From the NCBI GenBank assembly GCA_044892505.1, contig CM097882.1, positions 555,706,001 to 555,754,471 on the forward strand: 48,471 bases of DNA, written 5' to 3'. The stretch is from Schmidtea nova (Eukaryota). The notes under the pieces are model-generated. The model was given only the letters and a program-made list of their open reading frames with translations. It searched no databases and was not told where the DNA came from. The translations under genes and the position numbers were made by a program. This document shows, one piece after another, positions 39,146 to 48,471 of this stretch. The first letter of the stretch is position 1, and the number at the start of each line of letters is the position of its first letter.

Positions 39146-39622
39146 NNNNNNNNNNNNNNNNNNNNNNNNNNNNNNNNNNNNNNNNNNNNNNNNNNNNNNN
39201 NNNNNNNNNNNNNNNNNNNNNNNNNNNNNNNNNNNNNNNNNNNNNNNNNNNNNNNNNNNNNNNNNNNNNNNNNNNNNNNNNNNNNNNNNNNNNNNNNNNN
39301 NNNNNNNNNNNNNNNNNNNNNNNNNNNNNNNNNNNNNNNNNNNNNNNNNNNNNNNNNNNNNNNNNNNNNNNNNNNNNNNNNNNNNNNNNNNNNNNNNNNN
39401 NNNNNNNNNNNNNNNNNNNNNNNNNNNNNNNNNNNNNNNNNNNNNNNNNNNNNNNNNNNNNNNNNNNNNNNNNNNNNNNNNNNNNNNNNNNNNNNNNNNN
39501 NNNNNNNNNNNNNNNNNNNNNNNNNNNNNNNNNNNNNNNNNNNNNNNNNNNNNNNNNNNNNNNNNNNNNNNNNNNNNNNNNNNNNNNNNNNNNNNNNNNN
39601 NNNNNNNNNNNNNNNNNNNNNN
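39146..39622. other. Assembly gap (N)
   Basis: Run of N; should hold the end of the IIS1 exon and probably a gypsy 5' LTR. Confidence 1.
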
Positions 39623-39727
39623 TACCCATGCTAAGAGTATTGATAAGAATTGCAATCAGAATTCCTCTCTGAAATTTAACATCATTCACCAATGTTTTAA
39701 TTTTCTGTTGACATATTGATAAATAAT
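39623..39727 (-). CDS. Cav3: T-type Ca channel exon, end of I-II linker and domain II S1 (3' part lost in N-gap)
   Basis: Acceptor ttttag| then (x)YLSICQQKIKTLVNDVKFQRGILIAILINTLSMG; RGILxAILxNTLSMG is the Cav3 IIS1 signature. Donor hidden in gap. Confidence 0.9.
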
Positions 39728-40200
39728 CTAAAAGTTATAAAAAATCTTTATTTATAAATAATATTTACATTTTAATGCATTAATTTTAAAAGACTTTTCA
39801 TTTTCATTGCTCATTAATGAAGATATTTATTATTATAATTATAACTAGAAATATATTCTATTAATATAATTGTTCATACATATCTCTGTCTCTGAATGCG
39901 TCTCAAGAGAGTTGTAAAGTTATCTGAGAAACATTAATTTATGCTTAAAAAATGTCCCCCCGAAAAATGTTTACGATTTGAGAAATAATGTGTATTATTT
40001 TGTTCGACAATTATTGGTAAGATATTTGTATTATAAGTTGATTATTAATTAAATGGTTATTAAAGAAATATTAAATTAATTATCTTCTCTTAATATGATA
40101 TGATATTATTGTTTACACAGAAAAAATTTCACTTAGTTCCATTTTTAAAATTGATAATTGTATAGATGAATTGCAACCTTTAACCGTCTAACATTAGGAC

Positions 40201-42700
40201 TAGTGATTGCAATACCGACATTTCGTACAATTTTACACTACTGAAATACCGGTATTTATAGTGGTTAAATACCGGTATTTTTGGTATTTACAAAAGTTAA
40301 AAAAATATATAAAAACTTGTTTTTAATTAAATAAATTATTGAGAATTAACAAAAAAAAATGTAATGGTAATTTTTCCGTTATTAAGAGAACTTGATGCAT
40401 TTATCTAGACAAGTGGTTCTCAAAGCGTGTTCCGCGGAACAATGGTGTTCCGGCGATCACTTTCAAGTGTTCCGCGAAAAAATCAAATGTACAATTCAAT
40501 TAAAAATTGTTCGCAAATAAAAATCAATTCAATATAAAATTTATACGTACCATTCGGCTTTGTATAAATACAAATCGGGTTAAAATTATTTCTTGGAAAC
40601 ATAAATTATTATTGCAGTTATCAAAATTCAACTTATTAGATTCGACAATTAAAATTTAATGTCATTTCTCGCAAGCGCCCGACATCTGCCCGACTTTGAA
40701 ACAGGGGGTTGCCAATTACATGCTGCAACACGATTCCGTTTCCTTTTTTTCTATAATAATGGAATGTTTTTGCTAACATTATTCTATTTTTAATGCTCTT
40801 TTGATTTTAAAAAGGTTAACTACCCGCGCCCCTTGTTTTAAAGTTTATGTTGTATTGTAGATGTTCCACCTAAAAGTGAATCAGAGTTTAGTGTTCCCTG
40901 GCTTCAAAAGGTTTGAGAACCACTGATCTAGACAACAAAAAAATTAAATAAATATCCACAAGAGTTTTAACTTTGTTAAATAGACATTTAAATATATTCT
41001 TGTTTTTATTTTTGAATTTGAAGGTTTAATAAAACGTTTATCAAGACACAATTATATGGCGGCTAAATAGTAAAAGGTTATTTTATTTTAAAAAATATAT
41101 TTTTTGCAGATATTGATTATTTACCCATTATGAACAATAACTTCAATGAACATAAAAAATCAGGAGATAATACATCAGTTTGATATTACTTTCTGTCCAA
41201 TGAAAAAGAAATGCTTGCAAAATGCTTGCAAAATGCTTGCAAAATGTTGAAAGATCATTAAAGTTGCGGGTGGATCTACGAGTGGATTACATACGCATTT
41301 AAAACCACATGACATCAATTTATTAAAAAGAAAAGAAATCAACGCAGATTGTGCAAGCACAAGTTCAGGCTCATCCGAACAAGTATTTAGTAAATCAAAT
41401 ACATCCAAAATAACAAATTATTTTAATAGAAAAAAACGATTAATTGGATGAAGTTTTATCACGTATGACAGCATTACATGGTTTGCCATTCAGTGTATTT
41501 GGCACCTCAATAAATTTAAGAAAATCATTAATTGCTAGAGGCTTTAAGGATATACCAAAATCCGGTAATAGTATTAGGAATCTTGTCATTGAATACAGTA
41601 AAAGGGTTCGTGGTTCTCTGAAAAATGAATTAGCAGAATTGAAGCAGAATGAAAAAAAGATTTCGCCTCACTTTCGATGAATGGACCAGTGTAAGAAATA
41701 GACGATATTTAAATATAAATATACATTCAGAAAAGAAAATTTGGAACATAGGAGTTACGCAAGTGCCGGGAAGAATGCCAGCTAAAAATGCATTGAAGTC
41801 ATTGATTTAAAACTAAAAGATCACGGATTATCTCTGAATGAGGATATAGTCTGCATAACTACTGATTGAGATTCGGTGATGAAAAAAGTTGGAAAGTTGT
41901 GAAATGCAAATCAGCAATTATGCTATGCTCATGGCATTCAGCTTGGAGTAATTAGTGTACTATATGAACAAAATCCAAATCAGGAGAAGCTGAACACTTT
42001 GGAATTGGAAACTTCTGAGTGTCTGGCGATAGTGACGATAAAGAAGACAACAACGTCGAAAATACCCTGATTAGACTTGAGATTGGCAAGAATGATGATA
42101 CATCGCTCTCGTATCAAGAATATAATTCAATAAATTCGAAAAGTTGTTAAGATATTTAGACGTTCTCCTACAATAAACGATGTTTTGCAAAACTATGTAA
42201 AAAGTGATTTATTTATCAAAGAACCTTTGCTAATATTAGATTCCAGGACACGCTGGAATAGCTTGCTGATCATGATGGAACAAATTTTTAAGTTAAAAGT
42301 CCAATTCAAAAGGCATTAATTGATTTTAGTTTGCCGATTTTTTTTTCAGACAACAAATTTAATGTTATATCATAGACTATTTCCGTTTTGCTTCCAATTA
42401 AGTTAGCTGTGGAGGCGTTGTGTTGCCAGGATGCAAGTATATTAATGGCAAATGCAACAATTCAGTTTATGTTGGGAACCCTTAAAAAACAAAAAACATT
42501 ACTGTCAGAAAAAATGTACAGTGCATTAAAAAGTCGCACTAATGAAAGGCAAATGGATTTAGAAAATGCTATTAGTTATTTGCACGATCCTAAACAGTTT
42601 AAAATTGAGAATGAAAAGAAAGATATACGAGACCAATTAACAAAACCTAATTTAGTCAAAAATATTGTCAAATATATTGATATAATGATAGGTAAACACT
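40201..42700 (+). mobile_element. Decayed hAT (hobo/ZBED-like) transposon, right end missing
   Basis: Left end tagtgattgcaataccg with ataccggtat subterminal repeats; fragments (F)DEWTS, CITTD, CYAHGIQL, LDSRTRWNS, LLPIKLAVEALC. No right TIR found. Confidence 0.82.
40411..40925. mobile_element. Buster-type hAT MITE nested in the hAT at 40201
   Basis: TIRs aagtggttctcaaa / tttgagaaccactg; perfect TSD atctagac (40403-40410, 40926-40933). Confidence 0.92.
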
Positions 42701-42789
42701 ATAATGATTATTATATTCTTTTAGAGTGTTTAATATCAAAAACAAAAAATTATTAAATAAATAATCAAAAAAACGTGGCAATGATTTAA

Positions 42790-42923
42790 TTATAGAAAAA
42801 CGCCAACTCAGTAAATTCAACATAAACGCGATATATTTCGATTGTATAACAATCTTAAGATTGTTATACAATCGAAATATATCGCGTTTATGTTGAATTT
42901 ACTGAGTTGGCGTTTTTCTATAA
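42790..42923. repeat. Perfect spacer-less 134-bp palindrome centred on TTAA
   Basis: The 67-nt left arm is the exact reverse complement of the right arm, checked base by base. Confidence 0.95.
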
Positions 42924-43781
42924 CAAAAAATTAATTAATTAATTAATTTTGATTTTATTTATATTGCGTAAACTTTATTTTGTCAATTTTTTAAGGAATA
43001 ATTATATTTTTAAAGTATTATTTTTAATAAATAAATAATTTTTTTTTCACTTTGACATCTAACCAACTTTAGAAAGTTCATCGATGCTTGAAATTTGAAT
43101 ATAATTATCCTTTTTGCATTTATTATAAAAGTTTCGTCTTTAGAGTCACTTAATAAAGTTTACCTTCTTCCTCGAATAAGTAAAAATGAATAAATAAATA
43201 AATAGCAATTTTACAATTTTTCATTTATTTTAACAGATATATCGAATTAATACGAATTATATGAATGTTGAATGTTTTGATATTTCGATAAATATCGAAA
43301 GCCTTTTCGCTCAAAAGATTCCCCGACCTTTTTCATGTCAAACCCTTAGAAAAACTTGAAAATATTTCATGATATATAACCAAAAATCTTTATTGGGCAG
43401 TGAGAAAAATAAACTTCACCAATCTTCACATATCGAAAAAAGTCTTTCTTTTTGAGGAATTTGTCTAATTTAATAATAATAATCGAAAATTTATAATTAA
43501 TTGAAATAAAGCTTTTTTATACGGATCTCAAATGTCACTGATAAATCACATTGATTAATACAAATAGACAATTTAGAGAGATATGAAATATTTTATTTTC
43601 TTCAGAAATAAAGTAATATTTGACAATTTAAACAAAAATCAAGTTCTATACATCAAAATTTTATTTATCTTTAAAATCTTTGAATTTTTCTAAACTTAGT
43701 AAATTTATCTTTTCTTACTATTATTATATTTTCTCCCAATTAAAAAATACAGCTGAAATTAAAGTATTTTACATTATCAAG

Positions 43782-46700
43782 AGTTAAATCAAACTCGGTT
43801 TTAAAAGTCTTCAATTCCGTCAAAGATCTATTTAATTAAAATTTTATAAAAATGCCAAATAATCACTTATTTAAACACAAGTAAATTTAAATATCCAACT
43901 ATCCCTTCTTAAGAATTTTCCAATTCTTAAACCACTCGATTCTTCTTTCTTTCAATCCTTCTTGCAAGTGTATTTCGACTAGATGAGGTGATAGAAATCT
44001 GACGATTTTATATAGGTCATAGTACTGCATACCATTCTTGTGCTTGTTCTGTGGTTCTTTGCGTACAAGTACCTCCTCTCCCACCTCAAAAACACGAGTG
44101 CCTCTCTTTTTCTTATCCAAAGCTCTCATAGTGTCTGTGGCTTTACTCGAGTTATATCTCGCATCTTCCGTGCAGTGGCTTCTTGATATTTCTGCTTGTT
44201 TCAGGATTGAATGTAAGCTAACACTCCGTCCATAACTTATTTGAAATTGTGGTAAACATGTAGCACTCGGCTGACTGCTATTTATACTGAACTATATGCT
44301 TTGTGGTCGGTGCGAATTATGAAGTTTTTTCACGAAAACATATTCTCTAAAATGTATGACATACTCATGTACAGCAAGTATTTCTTTCCAGATTACCCAG
44401 TAATCTTTTTATATGATGTCATATGTCTCGAACTATAAGCTATAACAGATTATTCTTCATCTTCTTTAATTTTGCTCAAAACTGCACCAATTGTTCCAAA
44501 GTTAGCGTGTGTGTCTAAGATAAATGTCCTATCTTCTTTTGGATAATCAAGGATGATGCCTCGCACTACTGTTTAAAAACTCTCATTACATTCCTTAGTC
44601 CAAATCACATTTATCGCATCCAGATGTTGTGGCATAATGGTGATTCAATAATTCGAGAAAGGATCTTAATTGCTTCGAACATTTTGGTATTTACGTTTTC
44701 TCGATCTCTTCAACTTTCTTTCTGTTTGTCTGGATATCTTTCTCGTTAATTGTGTACCCAAGGAAACACAATTCTGTTTTATTGAATTTGCATTTTTCTG
44801 GATTTATCTTCAATCTTGCCACTGAATTCTTCTAAATATTTTCCCTTGTAGCTCATCATGTTTTTTTTGACTTTTCCCGTATATCAAAATATCATCTAAA
44901 TAAACTACTACTCCTTTGAAAAGCTTTCCTTCCAGTACTGTCTGCATCAGTCTCTGGAATGTCACAAAGGCTGTTGCTAAGCCAAACGGTAGTCTATTAA
45001 AACAAATTTGTCCTTCTCTTGAATATCTAGGGCCAACTTTACTTGATAGTATGCCTGACCTAAATCAATGGAGAAAAATATTTTTGCATTCGCGAGACTG
45101 TCTAGTAAGAATTTGGTATTGGCACCGGAAATGATTCCTTTTCTGTAATTGCATTTAATCCACGATAGTCTACACACATCCTAATGGATCCATCTTTCTT
45201 TCCTACTATCACTAACGGGGCATTCTAAGGACTCTTGGAACATCGAATAACATTTGCTTTTATTAATTCTTTTATCATCTCTTCAATCCTTTTCACCATG
45301 TGCATTGGTTGACGTCGGAGATGTTGCATTATTGAGCCTCATGTTATCCGAATCTCATGTTGAACTAAATTTGTAAATCCCAGATCCAATTTCGACGCCA
45401 TAAAAAACCCGCCGTATATTCTGATCATTTCTTCAATGTATTTATTATTCTCACCTATCATCGCCTTCATTGCTTTATTTATTCTTTCTTTATCAGTGTA
45501 GATTTTCTTTAAAAATGAAGTTTCTATATTATAAGTCTTCACTAACCTTACTCCAAACTCTTTCATTGTATCAATACCCCCTATGAATTCGGGCTTGATC
45601 TCTTTTACAACCACTACTGTGATAGCTTTGGTCTTCTGATTCCATGTGACCTATATAGTCATATATCCCATTGCTTCTTCACCTCCAGTTAAAAGCAGCC
45701 CGCATAATAATATAGTTGAAGGTCTGGTTTGCCTATTTTATCCCACAAATTCTTGCTCATGACTGTTACTGAAGCTCCAGAGTCCCATAACATATCTACT
45801 TCTGTATTATTTAACATTATTTTACTCCAACTTCTTCCATATTTCGTCTAACACATCTTTTCTTCCGGCTCTTCTCACGGCTCTTCTCCCGCTTCTTCTC
45901 CCGTCTCTTCTCTTCGTCGTTCATTCCTTCTTTCACAATTTATTTTCTTCACTCCATCGACGAAATTAAACCCGTAGAGTCGCTGATGTTTTTTCCGTCT
46001 TCTCTCGATGTAGTGTATTTCTCAGAGACATTGTATCTATTCTCCATATCTCTGTGAGCCATTCTAAAATCCTGGCTGTTATTGGTGTAATCCATTCTCT
46101 CAGATTTGTAATCTTCTTCTTCTATGCACGCTATTCTTCGATATCAGCGGGAAACCTCTTTCCATAATCCATACCCTCATATATTCTGTGTCCCTTTTTG
46201 CCACAGCAAAAACAATCATCTACTGTTAACTTTGGAACCGGTACTTGTGGTAGTCCTCTACTTTTGTTATAGAGACTTCTTTCTATGTTCTTGATGGAAA
46301 TTATTGACAGTTTCCTTTCTGAGCCATCTGAGATTCTCGCGTTTCTCAAAGATTGTTCTCTTGGAAATTGTGCTCGTCGACCGCGGTTATTTTCTTCGTA
46401 TTGTATTGATTCGCGTATTTGATGTTCGTCTCTTTTTAATTTGTGATGAATAAATGGCTCTTCTGATAGTCTTCTTTGTGATAGTGTAGGTCTGGTATCT
46501 TGATTATTATGTTGAATTCTCACCAGCCCTCCCTCAGCCACGCTAACATATGTTCTTTGACTGATTGCTTTAATAAATTCCGTTTTATTGCTTCCATTTT
46601 TATTACTCTCAAATATCTTCGCCAATGATCTCGTTTATTCAATTTTTGTTTCTGGTTTCGAGAAAAATATCTCCCTCAGCCTTGCATCGCGTGCTTTATT

Positions 46701-47272
46701 TGCGATGAGATCTTAAACAATATCTTTTTTTGATCATTCTGAATTTAGAACTTCAGCTAAAGCTTTCCTTAATCGTATTTCAAAAGCTGCAAAACGTTCA
46801 TCATCCTCCTGTCTAAAACTACCAATTCTCTGATTTTGTCAATTATTGATTTCATAATTGTGAAAGTATTTAAGAACCAAGTTTTGGCTTTCACATCTGT
46901 TGTTTCTGTTTCTCTGACGTTTCCCCACAATGTCTTAGCTTCTGCCACTAATAACACATCGAAAGTGCTTGTCAATTGCTGTACATTTGTCAACAGGCAT
47001 TCTTCTATGTCTCTGATCCATTCTTCTGATTCTTTTCATATCGTCTGATATTCAGTGTGAGCATATCTTGGCATGATCTTTTGGTAAACATTCCATTACC
47101 AATTTTGTTGATTTTTAAATTGCATCGACATTCTGATTTTCGGCGTGGTCGCCAGTTAAATCAAACTCGGTTTTAAAAGTATTTAATTCCATCATAAATT
47201 TATTTAATTAAAATTTTATAAAAGTTCTAAATAATCAATTATTTAAACACAAGTTAATTTAAATATCCAACT
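43782..47272 (-). mobile_element. Ty3/gypsy element with both LTRs (119 bp), internally deleted
   Basis: LTRs 43782-43900 and 47154-47272 (108/119 identical, AGTT...AACT ends); TSD tcaag; PBS tggcgaccacg; PPT aagaagggat; protease LWDSGASV, RT IDLGQAYYQV and YLDDILI; integrase fragments. Confidence 0.95.
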
Positions 47273-48471
47273 TCAAGAATGTCAGTATTATAGCGAATGT
47301 TAAAAGAACTGTTATAAACGCTATTGTGGCTAAAAATTAACTTTTAAGTAAAAAATGACAGTCGTGACAACAATGAAGTCAAAAATAATGATATAATATA
47401 AGGTGACAAGGAGTTCTATTTTTGACAGTAGAGTACTCATTTTCATGTTTTTTGCATTGTCATACTATAATAATATACTTTTTCAATTGAGTAATCTCAA
47501 TTCTATCTATCAAGAGTTCTGGTGAACAACATAGAAAGTATCACAATAAATTTCTTGAAGTTTGTTGTGAATTTGACTGAAATCTCAATTTTAGTCATTT
47601 ATTATCAACATATCATGTTCGGTAGGAACGAGAATTTTCGGTTAGATTCCAATTAACATGTCTAATTCTTTTAGACAGTTGTTCAACAAAAGTGGCGTCT
47701 TATGTAATTTGGAGACCTCGCACTAAGAACTATAAGATGTCTTAAAAATGTGTTTAAATTTTTTACAAAACAAAAATATACTCAATTTAAAAAACAAAAA
47801 TTGTATTTACACACATAAAAATTAAATAATAATATAACATGGATAAAGAAAGGTGATAACAAATAAAAAATAGTAAATATAAAACAAATAAAATAAACAC
47901 AGTTCTTTGTTAATATCAATTAAAAATAAATTTAATTAAAATAAAGTTTTATTTATTTTGGTGGGAAAGTGGTTACCATTTGGAGTCTGGTCATAAAGTT
48001 TCTGATTTCAATTTGAATCAGATTAAGTTTTTTTAAATGGTACTGATGAAAGCCAAATAAGCACAAATCACGCTTATCAATGGGTAAAAAGAAAAATAAA
48101 GAGAAAGAGAAAATAAAATTAGGTATTTATGATGAAATGCAACATACATCAAATGTCAAAATATGAAAAAATTTAAAAGATTATTTTTTCAGTAACAAAA
48201 TAATTAAGAAAAATATGTTTCTTAAAATATATTAAAACAAAGAATCCTTCCATAAACATTTCTTGTTTATTATTATAAAGTTTTTCTTAGCAGTATTATA
48301 TTACTTTGTAATAATTTATAAGTCTCACTATTTTAAACAAAAAACTCTATTATTTCAGTTCTCTTATTTTGCATCATCTTTTCATGTTGAAATTTGTTCA
48401 TCATATCAATTCTATAGACATCTTCTAATGTCGATAGAAAATGAAACAAAATATTTTAAATTGTAGCTGCA

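Noticed and set aside
14524-39692. Long ORFs containing X runs (14524-15457, 20742-21200, 32329-32922, 38952-39692)
   Set aside because: Artefacts of translating N-gaps; only the exon segments listed as features are supported.
39880-39923. 44-nt AG/GT-bounded segment (DNFTTLLRRIQRQRY) as the preceding Cav3 exon
   Set aside because: Phase does not fit the 39727 acceptor (only a weaker alternative at 39704), and no conserved motif; needs cDNA.
41212-41246. aatgcttgcaa x3 tandem repeat
   Set aside because: Simple slippage inside a dead hAT.
43164-43170. Possible 7-nt micro-exon (cgag|gaagaag|gtaaac) on the minus strand
   Set aside because: Cannot be distinguished from chance without transcripts.
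24672-46000. ORFs antisense to or out of frame within transposase and pol genes (e.g. 24672-25043, 26960-27160, 34643-34864, 37792-38315)
   Set aside because: Shadow ORFs of TE coding sequence.
1-48471. CRISPR arrays, rRNA or tRNA genes, prokaryotic operons or defence systems
   Set aside because: None seen; the repeats lack regular spacers and the window has spliceosomal exon-intron structure.

Overview
This is AT-rich animal (invertebrate) genomic DNA with four N-gaps; no prokaryotic features are present. One host gene dominates: a T-type voltage-gated calcium channel alpha1 subunit (Cav3, CACNA1G/H/I-like) on the minus strand. I traced 12 exons by hand, with GT-AG boundaries and consistent reading phase wherever the junctions are visible. 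They run from domain II S1 (39727) through IIS4, the II turret and pore loop (QEDW), IIS6 and a long II-III linker to domain III S1 (5225). The gene extends beyond both window edges. Introns are bimodal: three of 49-51 nt, the rest 1.2-11.7 kb. The large introns hold decayed transposons: Penelope, five hAT elements or MITEs, piggyBac, MULE, mariner, three Ty3/gypsy and a REL-endonuclease (NeSL/R2-like) LINE. The most interesting point is that the domain II turret exon is the short tri-cysteine 'exon 12a' type, linked to Na+ permeability in snail Cav3. No penta-cysteine 12b exon is visible, and a MULE sits 44 nt past the 12a donor. Other oddities are a perfect 134-bp palindrome, a small hairpin repeat family, and all LTR/LINE retroelements lying sense to the host gene. 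I found no convincing wholly new biological system. A flatworm-like origin is plausible from composition and intron size but is unproven. All coordinates were read by eye and should be verified.
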